A stretch of DNA of 64,000 bases from Bacilli bacterium (GCA_038321575.1 JBBQFD010000001.1:2982-66981); one strand, 5' to 3'. Shown: positions 38,557-50,700, counted from the first letter of the stretch. The notes: generated from the sequence alone by a model not told the origin. A program made the numbers and translations.

Positions 38557-41500
38557 TCTTTACCTCCCATATTTACTATTATTATATGTTTTTTCTTATC
38601 ATCAATCAAGTTTATAAGATTATCTTTAACTTTTTTTTCATCAATCATTATACTACTTACACCTTCAGATACATGGTCTTTATTATTTACTTTAATATCA
38701 TAAATAGTATTAAGATACTTATAAGTAAACTCAAAATTTAACCATGTTGAATCAATATGAGGATTGATTGTTAAAGTATTACCTGTTTTTTCTAAACCAA
38801 TAATTTTTTCGATACCTATTTTATAAGCCCAACTAGCCGAACCGGTATACCAAGTCCAACCACCGCGACCAGCGTAATTATTTTTTGAATAAATATCGGC
38901 TGCAATAACATACGGTTCAGTTTTATATTTTAAAACATCTATTGCATTAGTAGTACGATTAATTGGATTAATCATTTTTAAATAGCCGTATGCTTTATTT
39001 ATTTCACCAATCTTAATTAATGACATAATATACCATAAGGTTGCATGGGTATATTGAGCTCCATTTTCTCTAACTCCCGGTAGGTAATCACTTATATAAC
39101 CAGGGTCATTTTTTTCTTCAAAGAAAGCGGGGCTTAATAATTTAATTAAATGATTATCGTTGTCAACTAATCTATTGTCGATTTCTTTAATTAATGGTTT
39201 TATATTACGTGGATCAATAACATTGCTTAAAATACTCCATGATTGTGATAATAAATCTATTTGGCATGAAGCATTATTCTTAGAACCAAGGGTGTCACCA
39301 TTATCAAAGAAAGCTCTTAGATACCAACTACCATCCCAAGCATTAGCATTAATTGATTTTTTTAATTCAATAGCTGATTCATGACACGTTTTAATAAAAT
39401 CAACATCTTCTTTAGGGGCAATTTCTTCTATCTTATTTAAAAGATCATATAAGAAAAATCCTACCCAAACACTCTCTCCGATACCTTTATTACCAACTTT
39501 ATTCATACCATCATTCCAGTCACCACTACCCATCAAAGGTAGGCCGTTGGTCCCTAGTTGATTTAACGCTTTAGTAATTGATAATTTTAAATGATAGTAA
39601 AGTGTTTCTTGAGTTGCACTATATGAATAATTAATGCCTTTTTCGTCTTGTTGTTCACCTAAGTGTTCACCTTCAACAAAAACTACTTTTTCATCTAAAA
39701 TGGTGTAATTATTAGTTACTTTTAAATATTCATATGTTACATATAATAGCCATAAATAATCATCAGAGAACTTAGTGCGTGCCCCTAACGATAATTCTTC
39801 ATGCCACCAATGTAGAACATCTCCTTCAATGAATTGGTGTTTGGCATGTTTTAAGATTTGATCTCTGGTAAAAGTTGGATTACTATATATTAAACTCATT
39901 GAGTCTTGTAATTGATCTCTAAAACCAATTGCGCCACCAACTTGATAGAAAGCTGATTTAGCATATAATCTTGATGCATAAACTTGATATAAATACCAAC
40001 CGTTCATCATATAATCAAATGATTTATCAGGTGTCTTTATAACAATGTTTGATAGTTTTTCTTTCCAGTATTCAACTACTTCAATAAATTCATTAGCGAT
40101 AAACTCTTTAGTTTGATACTTGTTAATAATATCTTCGGTGTTATTAGCACAACCAAGCATAAATGATAATTCTTTACTTTCATCTTTAAATAGATCAATA
40201 CTAATCGAGATTGTTTTTGTTGAGACATCATTTAAATCATATTTTACAATCTTTTCGCTTGATGACATAAATACTTTTTCATTTCTAAAGACTTTATTAT
40301 AAACATTTTGCATAATCAAACTATTTTGTGTAACATCAAAATCAACTAAAATATGAGAGTTAGTTTGTTCTTCCGTTTCACCTAAAACCGGTTTAATAAC
40401 AAAGTCGATATCTAATTTAATTTTAGTACTCTTCTTATTGTTAATTTTTATGTCATAAAGTTTTAGATTATCACTTCTGGGGACAAATACTTTTATTTCC
40501 ATATCATAATCTTCAGTATTAGCAATAAAAATCGAATACCCAAATCCGTGTTTTACTAGACTTGGAATAAACTTTTGTTTATTAATATAAATAGCTTCAC
40601 TAGCAGGATCACCTACTGCATCATTGCTCCATGATGTTAATTTAAACTGACGACTATTGTATGCATAAGTAAATCCACCTAGATTGTTAGTTATAACGGT
40701 TCCGAAAGTCTCATTAGCAATTATATTTGACCATGGCGCTGGTGTATCATTATTAAAAACGTGATACTCACTACCATTTTTACTAAACCCACCATATTGA
40801 TTGTCAAAATCAATCTTTGGAGATTTAGTTTCTAACAACGTTATTAAATTAGAAGTTTTGCTTACTTCTAATTTAATTGGTTCTAAAAGATCTAAATCAA
40901 ATATTTGTTGATTTAATGACTTATGAATTGAAGCATCAAAATATATTTTAGTAATTGTTTTAAACAACACTAATTCTTCATTACTCAATTCTGATATTGT
41001 ATATACATTCCCTGGTGAGTTTTCAAAATAATTTAAATTATTAATACGATACATCAAATTATTAATGTATTTAGCAACTAATTCTTTTTTACCATCAACT
41101 TCATTATTTATAATAACCACATCTAAATAAATAGCGCGGCTCTTATAAAACTCATAAGCTTGTAAGATTTCTTTTATAAAACCTGAATCCTCAGCATTAT
41201 CAATATTAACTAAGATTAATGGTAAATCACCAGATACTCCAAACTTCCATAAATTATCTTGCGATAAATTATTAATATGTAAGATTTCATGACGTTTTAT
41301 GCTAATTGGTAGTGTTTGATAAATGTACTTAAGCATAGTGTTATATGACATTAACTCACGACCATTTAAACCAGCATAGTGATTGCGCATATTATTTAAT
41401 ATAGTTGCCATTTCAAACGCAACATCAACTATTTTCTTATTATTATAAGTGTTAACTATTTCATCAATTTGTTCTCTTGACTTGCCGAAACCAACTAATA

Positions 41501-44500
41501 AGTAAATTATCTTTTTACTATTAGCTTTAATTTTAATATTCTTACGAATACTCATGATCGGATCAATCAAGTCATCAATATCACATGACAAACGTTCACT
41601 ATTACATATTTTAAAAGGATTCGCCGTAGTATTGTTACGACCAATGAAATTAGCGCGTGATGTTTCAAATTCAAAATTGATACTATCTTCACCATCAATA
41701 AACATACGATTAACCACAAAATACTTAGTATTTTCTTTAGTGCGTGAACTTCTCTTAAAGATTAATGATGATGTTTTCTCATCTATTTCACTAGCAATTG
41801 TTAAACTGTTAAAAGCACGATGTGCAATATCTTCTTCATTACGAGCCATAATAATTTCAGAATAAGACGTTACTTCTAAATTAATATCATCATTACTAGT
41901 ATTTTCAAAAGTAATTTTACGTATTTCCGCATTATGTTCCTTGGTAACCATGATTTCCGTATTAGTAATTATATCTTCATCTTCTCTTGTATACTTGATT
42001 CGATCACTAGCAAAAACCACACGATATTTATCAGGTGCTTTCTTTGCTGGTAAATACGTATTGGTCCAAAAATTATTAGTTTTAAGATTTTTAATATATA
42101 TAAACACTCCGTAATTCTCATCCGTTACATTGCGGTAACGATTAATAAATAAATTTTTATATTTACTAAAACCTATACCGCGATCATTGATGAAAGTAGA
42201 GTAAAAACCATTAGATAAAACTCCCACACTAGGCATTGGCATAATACCAGTTTGTTCTCTAACGTCAGTATCTTGAATATCTCGTTTATAAGAATATTTC
42301 TTATAACGTTCTATTTTTAGATCAATATATGGTCTAATTTGAACTTTTTCTTTTAATAATAATTCAATTGCTTTAATGTTTTTATCAGCATGAAAATATT
42401 CTTGAATAATATTTTCGTGAAAATAATTAGCGATACTAGATAGTATCATCCCTTGATGATGTGAATAATAAGCTTTAACAACAACTTTATCTTCATTGTC
42501 ATAAGCTTCATATAAACCATATTTACCATACATATCTAATTTTTTAAGTTTCTTAATATTTTCATATACACCATTTGGATATCTACCCAAAGCCATTAAT
42601 GATCCATATGGAGCAATAACAATTAACGGGGTTTCACTATCTTGGAACTTTAAATGTGGGACCCCAAAAGCTTTATATTTATAATTTTGTGAGTCATCTA
42701 ATTCATTATAAGCTGATTCAGTTATACCCCATGGTAATTTGGGATCAGCTTCACGCATAAATTCTTTTTGAGCATAATACGCAAATAAATAAGTTTCATC
42801 TAATAAAGTGTGCTTATATGTTTTCATAAATATTAATGGCATATAATATTCAAACATTGTTCCAGTCCATGAAACAACACCTTTATATAGTTTATATTTA
42901 GTTAACGTCTTATCTAAGCAAAACCAATGTTTAAAAGGTACATCCCCTTTAGCAATAGCAATAAAACTAGAAAGGCGTGACTCTGATAAGAAATTATTAT
43001 AATGATATGGAACTAATTTACCTTCATTAATCGTATAACCAACACTAAAGACATCAAGATCATGATTATATAACTTAGAGAAATCAGTAGCAGCAATTAA
43101 TTTATTAACACGATATTCTAAAACTTTATAATGAGTTAAGTGTTCTAAGAATCCTTTTAAGACATATAACGATGAAACAAAATTACCACTATCAGCAGTT
43201 GATATAAAGAATGGTGGTATTGCTTTCATTTCATAAATATTATACCAATTATATAAATGACCATTCCATTTAGCTAAACCCTCAACACTCTTTAAAATAT
43301 TAGCTAATAAATCGATTGCGACAGTTTCGTTAATAATTTTTAATTCATAAGCTGAAATAACACTGGTTATCGATAAACCAACATTAGTTGGCGAAGTACG
43401 ATAATCTATCTTTTCTTCACGATTTGATTGAAAATTATCTGGCATCAAATAATTAAATTCTCTTGTTAAATAGTCCTCAAAGAAACTCCAAGTTCTGATA
43501 GCAATATCTCTAATTTCACCTTTAGCTTTGCCACTCAACGGTTGTGATTCATACTTAATATCAAGACTTATAAAGAACATTAAGAATGGCGCAAATATCC
43601 ATATCGAAGCCAAGAAGTATGCTACATAAATATAATCTTGTTTAAAATAGTATGCAAGCCATATTATTAATAATGTAAATAAATAATTAGCTTTAAAATT
43701 ATTAATATAAGTTAACAGATTATTTTTAGAACGCTTTTCCACTTCTTCCGAAGTAATCCAATTTAGTAAATTCTTTTTACTTATTAGCATGCGATAAACT
43801 GATTTAATAATCGCATCTAAATATAAACAAGTTTCATATGGCAATAGAGCTAAAATAATAAATGATTTTATAACTACTGCAAATATACCAGTAATTAAAT
43901 TCAAATAATACTTTAAAAATATATCATATTTTTGTTTTGAAAATATCTTAGCAAATAAATAAAAGAAGATTGGGGTCGCTATTATAATCATAACTATAAC
44001 CAAAGATATTGTTGGATTAAGTTTACTAATAGTAAATCCATATATGATTAATAACAGCAATGCTAAACTCTTTAAACTTCTAACTAAATTATCAAATATT
44101 TTCCACTTTTCAATTAAATTGATCGGATTTTTAACAACTTCGTTCTTTTTATTTCTTACTTTGTTTTTAAGCCAACTAATAATTTGCCAGTCACCTCTGG
44201 TCCAACGATGATGTCGACCAGCATCATTTAAGTATTTAGATGGGAATCCATCAAAGAATTCAACATCACTAACAAATCCACAACGTAAGTAATTTCCCTC
44301 TAACAAATCGTGGCTTAAAATAAGATTATCAGGGAAGTTATTATTGATTATTTCATCAAAAATCTCTAAATCATATATTCCTTTGCCAACAAAACTACCT
44401 TCATTAAAAACATCTTGATATAAATCAAAACTCTTGGTCGTATATATATCTAAACCTCCAAGACCTGCGAATAACTGTGTATATTGTGACTTATCAGTCG

Positions 44501-46259
44501 CTTCTAATTCAATACTAATTCGTGGTTGCATAATTGCATAACCAGCAATAACCTTCTTGCGGTCTTTTGATAAAACTGGTTTGTTCATTGGGTGAATCAT
44601 TGCCCCAATTAATTTTAAAGCAGTATTCAAAAGCAGTTTAGTATCTGCATCTAAAGTTATAACATATTTTATTTTAGTTTTAAAATCTTTAAAAGTATGA
44701 TAATTAAAATATAAATCTTGATCTTCTTTATTTAATTTGTGTAATAATAATTGATTAAAATGTAATAAAGCTCCTCTTTTTCTTTCATAACCTAAATAAG
44801 AAGCCTCACTTTCATTATAAAAGCGATTACGATACGCAAAATTAAATACCTTACTACCATATTTTTCGTTAAGTTGATTAACTTTCTTAATGCCAGCATC
44901 GATAACTATTTGATCCATAGCAACATTTTCTGTTGTCTCGCTAGTTACATCACCAAGCAAAGTAAAGTATAAATTAGTTGTACGGTTTGATAAATAATAT
45001 AACTCTAAATTATCAAACATTTGGTTAACTTTGTTAGCGCTATTTAAAATAGTTGGAATAACTACCATCGTACTATATTCAGCCGGAAAACTTTCTTCAA
45101 CTTTGATTTTAAATAGACTTTTCGTATTTACTGTTTTTAATAGTATTTGGTTTACTATATCAATAACATATCCTAATGACGGAATAAGTAAAAGCAGGAA
45201 CCCCGTTATTCCAAAAAAGTATGAACCTATAAACGACAAAATCAATGTTAATGCAAACACGGTTGTAATATACACAACAGTTCTTGTTTTATAATCTTTT
45301 TCTTCAAATAAATAAAATCCGATATGTTTTTCGTTATTGTCAGCAACTTTTACTAAGTTCTTAATGTATTGATACTCATTAATTTTATTATTTTTAACTG
45401 TTTTCTTAATTTGATTACGATATTCTGCTTTCGAACTTTCATACATCGAATCATATATATTAACTTTCTCATTAATTAATGCTTTTTCTGTATAACTAAC
45501 ACTAGAATATAGTAATTCCATCTTAACTTTAATCATTTTTTTAAGTGATTCAAACAAATTAACCATTAATAAATTCTCGTTTAATTTTTCTTCGTGTTGT
45601 TCTTTAATAATATCCTTTAATGACATACTATTTTTAATTAATAATTCATTTAATTTTTTAAAGACTGATTCTGAAATAGAATCAAGTTCACTTAATTTAT
45701 AGTTTAATTCTTCAATATAATAATGATTATCTAAAATCGAATTATTGATTTTTATATAATCATATATATTACGATTTTTCTTTTGATATTGATTTTTTTC
45801 GATTATTTTAAAAGCACGATCAATACTATGTGTTTCATCAAGTTTGTTGTTTAATTTCATTGCTAGTTTCTTAAGCTCATTAATTATGATAATTCTGAGA
45901 ACAATATTTATATAATCAAATTCATCATAAGAAAAATAATCTTTATTTGCCTCTTGGTAATTATTAATTTGTTCAAATACTATCGCCAAACTAAATTTGA
46001 AATTTTGTTGCACTAAAAAACTATAGAGTAATTCCCTTATTTGTTTCTTTCGACTATTTTTAATTTTTAAGATACTTTTCTTTTTTAAACTACCTTCAAT
46101 TTGAATTTGTTGTTCACTTATTAAATAGTAGTTATCAATAATCCATTCATTAATACTACCAACGCTTTGGTTTTGCTTTGTATATGAGACTAATTTTTTA
46201 TAATACACCGTTATATAATGAATATCCAAATTTAATTTTTTTAATACGATATTATTCAT
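38553..46259 (-). CDS. giant membrane glycosyltransferase-GH94 glycoside phosphorylase fusion, cyclic beta-1,2-glucan synthase (Cgs/NdvB/ChvB)-like, 2568 aa
   Basis: The N-terminal third has TM clusters flanking a GT-A-type region (LDADT DxD motif, HRWTRGDWQ). The C-terminal ~1000 aa has GH94 hallmarks (MGSGDWNDGMN, GGWTWYTGSASWAY). A middle alpha-helical region links them. Confidence 0.75.
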   Translation of the reverse strand: MNNIVLKKLNLDIHYITVYYKKLVSYTKQNQSVGSINEWIIDNYYLISEQQIQIEGSLKKKSILKIKNSRKKQIRELLYSFLVQQNFKFSLAIVFEQINNYQEANKDYFSYDEFDYINIVLRIIIINELKKLAMKLNNKLDETHSIDRAFKIIEKNQYQKKNRNIYDYIKINNSILDNHYYIEELNYKLSELDSISESVFKKLNELLIKNSMSLKDIIKEQHEEKLNENLLMVNLFESLKKMIKVKMELLYSSVSYTEKALINEKVNIYDSMYESSKAEYRNQIKKTVKNNKINEYQYIKNLVKVADNNEKHIGFYLFEEKDYKTRTVVYITTVFALTLILSFIGSYFFGITGFLLLLIPSLGYVIDIVNQILLKTVNTKSLFKIKVEESFPAEYSTMVVIPTILNSANKVNQMFDNLELYYLSNRTTNLYFTLLGDVTSETTENVAMDQIVIDAGIKKVNQLNEKYGSKVFNFAYRNRFYNESEASYLGYERKRGALLHFNQLLLHKLNKEDQDLYFNYHTFKDFKTKIKYVITLDADTKLLLNTALKLIGAMIHPMNKPVLSKDRKKVIAGYAIMQPRISIELEATDKSQYTQLFAGLGGLDIYTTKSFDLYQDVFNEGSFVGKGIYDLEIFDEIINNNFPDNLILSHDLLEGNYLRCGFVSDVEFFDGFPSKYLNDAGRHHRWTRGDWQIISWLKNKVRNKKNEVVKNPINLIEKWKIFDNLVRSLKSLALLLLIIYGFTISKLNPTISLVIVMIIIATPIFFYLFAKIFSKQKYDIFLKYYLNLITGIFAVVIKSFIILALLPYETCLYLDAIIKSVYRMLISKKNLLNWITSEEVEKRSKNNLLTYINNFKANYLFTLLIIWLAYYFKQDYIYVAYFLASIWIFAPFLMFFISLDIKYESQPLSGKAKGEIRDIAIRTWSFFEDYLTREFNYLMPDNFQSNREEKIDYRTSPTNVGLSITSVISAYELKIINETVAIDLLANILKSVEGLAKWNGHLYNWYNIYEMKAIPPFFISTADSGNFVSSLYVLKGFLEHLTHYKVLEYRVNKLIAATDFSKLYNHDLDVFSVGYTINEGKLVPYHYNNFLSESRLSSFIAIAKGDVPFKHWFCLDKTLTKYKLYKGVVSWTGTMFEYYMPLIFMKTYKHTLLDETYLFAYYAQKEFMREADPKLPWGITESAYNELDDSQNYKYKAFGVPHLKFQDSETPLIVIAPYGSLMALGRYPNGVYENIKKLKKLDMYGKYGLYEAYDNEDKVVVKAYYSHHQGMILSSIANYFHENIIQEYFHADKNIKAIELLLKEKVQIRPYIDLKIERYKKYSYKRDIQDTDVREQTGIMPMPSVGVLSNGFYSTFINDRGIGFSKYKNLFINRYRNVTDENYGVFIYIKNLKTNNFWTNTYLPAKKAPDKYRVVFASDRIKYTREDEDIITNTEIMVTKEHNAEIRKITFENTSNDDINLEVTSYSEIIMARNEEDIAHRAFNSLTIASEIDEKTSSLIFKRSSRTKENTKYFVVNRMFIDGEDSINFEFETSRANFIGRNNTTANPFKICNSERLSCDIDDLIDPIMSIRKNIKIKANSKKIIYLLVGFGKSREQIDEIVNTYNNKKIVDVAFEMATILNNMRNHYAGLNGRELMSYNTMLKYIYQTLPISIKRHEILHINNLSQDNLWKFGVSGDLPLILVNIDNAEDSGFIKEILQAYEFYKSRAIYLDVVIINNEVDGKKELVAKYINNLMYRINNLNYFENSPGNVYTISELSNEELVLFKTITKIYFDASIHKSLNQQIFDLDLLEPIKLEVSKTSNLITLLETKSPKIDFDNQYGGFSKNGSEYHVFNNDTPAPWSNIIANETFGTVITNNLGGFTYAYNSRQFKLTSWSNDAVGDPASEAIYINKQKFIPSLVKHGFGYSIFIANTEDYDMEIKVFVPRSDNLKLYDIKINNKKSTKIKLDIDFVIKPVLGETEEQTNSHILVDFDVTQNSLIMQNVYNKVFRNEKVFMSSSEKIVKYDLNDVSTKTISISIDLFKDESKELSFMLGCANNTEDIINKYQTKEFIANEFIEVVEYWKEKLSNIVIKTPDKSFDYMMNGWYLYQVYASRLYAKSAFYQVGGAIGFRDQLQDSMSLIYSNPTFTRDQILKHAKHQFIEGDVLHWWHEELSLGARTKFSDDYLWLLYVTYEYLKVTNNYTILDEKVVFVEGEHLGEQQDEKGINYSYSATQETLYYHLKLSITKALNQLGTNGLPLMGSGDWNDGMNKVGNKGIGESVWVGFFLYDLLNKIEEIAPKEDVDFIKTCHESAIELKKSINANAWDGSWYLRAFFDNGDTLGSKNNASCQIDLLSQSWSILSNVIDPRNIKPLIKEIDNRLVDNDNHLIKLLSPAFFEEKNDPGYISDYLPGVRENGAQYTHATLWYIMSLIKIGEINKAYGYLKMINPINRTTNAIDVLKYKTEPYVIAADIYSKNNYAGRGGWTWYTGSASWAYKIGIEKIIGLEKTGNTLTINPHIDSTWLNFEFTYKYLNTIYDIKVNNKDHVSEGVSSIMIDEKKVKDNLINLIDDKKKHIIIVNMGGKE

Positions 46260-46360
46260 CTTAAGCCTCCTATATTAACTATATTAATTATAACATATAA
46301 CACCAATTAACAAATATATATTTATATTCGATAATTTGTTATAATATAATTGGTGATAAA

Positions 46361-47722
46361 ATGAAAGAATTTAATGAGAATATTTTTAGAGCTTATGATA
46401 TAAGGGGTATTTACGGAAGTGAACTTACGGATGATTTGGCCTACAACCTTGGATTAGCATTTGGTACCAAATTAAAATTAGAGCACAAGACAAGAACTGT
46501 TGTTGGGTATGATAACCGCACTTCTTCAGTGTCGCTTTTTAATGCCCTCACTAAAGGTATTAAAGAAACAGGCATTGATGTTATTAATATTGGATTAGTC
46601 ACTACTCCGATGTATTATTTTGCTTGGCAACTATTTCAAGTTGATTCTGGCATTATGATTACGGCTTCACACAATCCTAAAGAACACAATGGTTTTAAAA
46701 TATCATTTAATGGCACCTTTAATGCCTATGGTGAGATGATTCAAGAATTCAAGGAATTCATCAAAAAAGGAAAATTTATAAGCGGTCAAGGACTTACTAT
46801 TAATGAAGATATAAAAGACCGTTATATTGACTTTGTTTTAAAATCAATTAAATTAGGTGAAAGACGACTAAAAATTGTAGTTGATTCAGGTAATGGTACT
46901 TCAGCCATTATTATAAAAGATGTTTTAAATAAATTAAATATTGATTATATCCCTCTTTATACAGAATCAGATCCTAATTTTCCTAATCATCATCCTGATC
47001 CTAGTGTTCCAAAAAACATGGAAATGCTTAGTGAAGTTGTTAGAAGTAAACAAGCTGATGTTGGATTTGCATATGATGGTGATGCTGATCGTATGGGTTT
47101 AGTTGATGAATCCGGCAACATGATTAGTAATGATCACTTTATGATTATGATTGTGAGAGATATTATTAATAACTTAAGCGATAAACGTATTTTGTTTGAT
47201 GTTAAATGTTCAAAGAGTTTAGAAGATGAAATTATTAAATTAGGTGGAACCCCAGTTATTTCAAGGACTGGTAATTCATATCTTAGAGCAAGAATCGTTG
47301 ATGATAATATCCCTTTTGGCGGTGAGTTATCAGGACATATTTTCTTTAATGATAAATTCCCTGGTTATGATGATGGTATTTATGCATCACTTAGAATGAT
47401 GGAAATATTAAGCAATACTAATAAAAAGGTTAGTGAATTATTAAGTGGTATCACTAAATATTACTCAACACCTGAATTAAAGATGAATGTTAGCGATGAT
47501 AAAAAATTCGCTTTAATTGAACAAGTAAAAACTTACTGCCAATCTAAAAATTATAAATTTTTAGATATTGATGGTTGTAAAGTCATATTCGATGATGGCT
47601 TTGTTCTTGTTAGAGCATCAAATACCGGTCCTCAAATAACCTTAAGGTTTGAAGCGACAACTGAATTAAGACTTAATGAAATGAAAACTGAATTTGAAAA
47701 TGTTATTAATAAAATGCAATAA
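46361..47722 (+). CDS. phosphoglucomutase/phosphomannomutase family protein
   Basis: The active-site serine loop (TASHNPKEHNGFK), the metal loop (DGDADR) and GELSGH are present. It is divergent from the giant synthase gene. Confidence 0.88.
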   Translation: MKEFNENIFRAYDIRGIYGSELTDDLAYNLGLAFGTKLKLEHKTRTVVGYDNRTSSVSLFNALTKGIKETGIDVINIGLVTTPMYYFAWQLFQVDSGIMITASHNPKEHNGFKISFNGTFNAYGEMIQEFKEFIKKGKFISGQGLTINEDIKDRYIDFVLKSIKLGERRLKIVVDSGNGTSAIIIKDVLNKLNIDYIPLYTESDPNFPNHHPDPSVPKNMEMLSEVVRSKQADVGFAYDGDADRMGLVDESGNMISNDHFMIMIVRDIINNLSDKRILFDVKCSKSLEDEIIKLGGTPVISRTGNSYLRARIVDDNIPFGGELSGHIFFNDKFPGYDDGIYASLRMMEILSNTNKKVSELLSGITKYYSTPELKMNVSDDKKFALIEQVKTYCQSKNYKFLDIDGCKVIFDDGFVLVRASNTGPQITLRFEATTELRLNEMKTEFENVINKMQ

Positions 47723-47723
47723 A

Positions 47724-47754
47724 AGAAAAATCTAGGTTATCCTAGATTTTTTTA
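47724..47754. terminator. bidirectional terminator between convergent PGM and GLUG-pilin genes
   Basis: The hairpin aaaatctagg-ttat-cctagatttt is followed by T-rich sequence. Confidence 0.6.
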
Positions 47755-50700
47755 ATTTGCTTCAACTGAAATACTTGTACCACTCAGTTTCCAAATAAAC
47801 TCTAAAGTAGTTGTATCTGTAAAATTAAATGAAGCATAATTCGTATAAATAGTTGTTTCTAATAACGCTTCTGCTGTAGAATTAATTCCATTTGGATCAT
47901 ACGTGTTAGCACTAATTACTGTACTACCGTTAATTGTTGATGTGGCTAAAGCAACCCCTTCTGATAACGGATTGTTGTCCTTAGCACTAATACGGTAAAC
48001 ATTTGCAGTTCCTACTATTGCACCACCGCGATATAATGATCCGCGTATTGACCCATTTGTATATCCCCAGCTGCTTGGCCAGCCACTATCGTAGGTATAT
48101 CCAGCAATTCCACCAACATAATTTGTTCCTGTTACATTTCCTTCTGACATAACATCAGAAGCATTACCATAATTATAACCAATTACTAATCCTGTATATG
48201 TAGTTCCCACTATGTTTCCAGATACATATATATCAGAAACATTGGTGCTACTTCCTTGATTATATCCAACTACTCCTCCAGTATGTGTCCCTGTTGCTGT
48301 TACAGCCAAGGTTTTTATATTCATTCCTTTTACTGAACCAGATCCGGTATTATTTCCGACTATTCCTCCGGTATAGTTACTACCATTTACAACAGTATTT
48401 GTAACATTGATTTTACTTATTATTCCTATATTTACACCGGCAATAGCACCAGTATAATTATCACCATTAATATTTAATCCTGTTAAATTAAAATTAGTAA
48501 CAGTCCCACTATTATATCCGAATATTCCGGTATTATAGGCACCGCTCAAGACAATATTATTTAAAGTCTTCCCATTACCATTAAAATTACCAGTAAATCT
48601 ATTGTTATCGCTTGATAATGTATAAAAGTATTTATCACTAAAATTGATATTATTCATTAATTTATAATAAGATCCTGGTGATAAACTAATTTGATTAAAT
48701 TCTTCGTAATTAGTTATCAAATACGGATCATCACTAGCGCCAGTACCGCTCATCGTAATAGCGGTATTGGCTATTTTAGGAATTATAACACCGCTGCTAT
48801 TGTAATCAAAATAATAACCATCAGCATCATTATCACCACCAATTATAGTATCTAGAGTTATTTCGTAAGTATTAATACTTGATATTCTAGAAGGACTAAT
48901 ATCAGAACCGTCAACTCCATAAAAACTAGTACCATTGATAGCTACACCATTAACTAAAATATCACTAGCCGACATAGCTTTATTAATTGTTCCGGCATTA
49001 CCAGTTGGTGATATTTTATTATAATTTGACGTCGCTGTAATATTGCCTTTTTTATAAATAACACCATTTATATAGCCATTTATATAACCATATGATTCTG
49101 GCCAACCACTATTATGATTATATCCAGCAATTCCTCCAACATAATTTATGCCAGTTACATTACCTTCAGTTGTAACACTCTTAATATTTCCTTTGTTATA
49201 ACCGGTAACTAATCCAACAAAATTAACCCCTGTTACGTTTCCTTTGTAAGAAACTGTTGATACATATGCATTGAGACCTCCGTCTAATAATCCAGCAATT
49301 CCACCAGTATTATCTCCAGTTCCCGTAATAGTTGCGTCAATTACATATGCACCGATAATTTTACCGCCACTGTTGCATCCTACTATTCCGCCGGTATTAG
49401 AAACGCCATTTACATTAAGATTTGTAACATTAATTTTACTAATTGTTCCTGCATTTAAGCCTGCCATTGCACCAGTACAATTTCCTCCACTAATGGTTAA
49501 TCCTGTTAAATTAACACTGGTAATAGTTCCACCATTGTATCCAAATATTCCAGTATTATAAGCACCATTTAAAACAATATTACTTAATGTCTTTCCGTTG
49601 CCATTAAAATTACCAGTGAATCTGTTATTATCACTAGATAATGTATAGAAATACTTGTTACTGAAACTAATGCTATTCATTAATTTATAATAAGACCCTA
49701 GCGAGAAACTAATTTGATTAAGTTCTTCATAATTAGTTATCAAATATGGATCATCACTAGCACCAGTACCGCTCATCGTAATAGCGGTATTAGCTATTTT
49801 AGGGATTATAACACCGCTGCTATTGTAATCAAAATAATAGCCATCAGCGTCATTGTCACCACCAATTATGGTATCTAGAGTTATTTCATAAGTATTAATA
49901 TCTGTTATTTTAGAAGAACTAATATCAGAGCCATCAGCTCCATAAAAACTAGTACCATTGATAGCTACACCATTAACTAAAATATCACTAGCCGACATAG
50001 CTTTACTAATTGTTCCGGCATTATCAGTTGGTGTTATTTTGTTATAAGTTGATTCGGCTGTAATATTTCCTTTTTTATAAAAAACACCAGCTATATAACC
50101 ATTCATATAACCATATGATTCTGGCCAACCACTATTATAAGTGTATCCAGCAATTCCTCCAATATGATTTTGACCACTTATGTTGCCTTCAGTGGTAACA
50201 TTTTTGATACTACCTCTATTATAACCAGTAACTAATCCAAGATAACACCATCCTGTTACATCACCTTTATAAGAAGTATTTGAAATATAAGCGTTAGAAC
50301 CTCCTATAAGAAATCCAACAAGTCCGCCAACATAGTTGGTACCGATAACATTTGTATCAATTACATATGCACCGATAATTTTACCACCTTCATTATATCC
50401 GGCAATTGACCCAGTATAAGTATTACCAGTAATTAACGAATTACTTAAACTCAAATCTTTAATCGTTCCGCTGTTGTATGCGAATAAACCCACATAATTT
50501 TGCGTTGGTCTATTAATGTAAAGATTATTAATAAATTTATTGTTGCCATTAAAAGTTCCAGAAAAAATGTAAGTATTATTATTTATCGGCAAGAACCCTA
50601 GGCCCGTTGTAAGTTCGGTTTTCAATGATTCAATGATAGTGTTACCATTTATATCACCAAAAGCAATTGTTGAACTATTAATATACGATTTATCATCTTG

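Noticed and set aside
39160-45294. Four short plus-strand ORFs (60-103 aa) inside the 7.7-kb synthase gene
   Set aside because: All are antisense to a continuous 2568-codon ORF with conserved domains.
49271-49561. 96-aa Pro-rich plus-strand ORF inside the GLUG gene
   Set aside because: It is antisense to Gly/Asn-rich repeats, which produce Pro-rich artefacts. The sense strand is far better supported.
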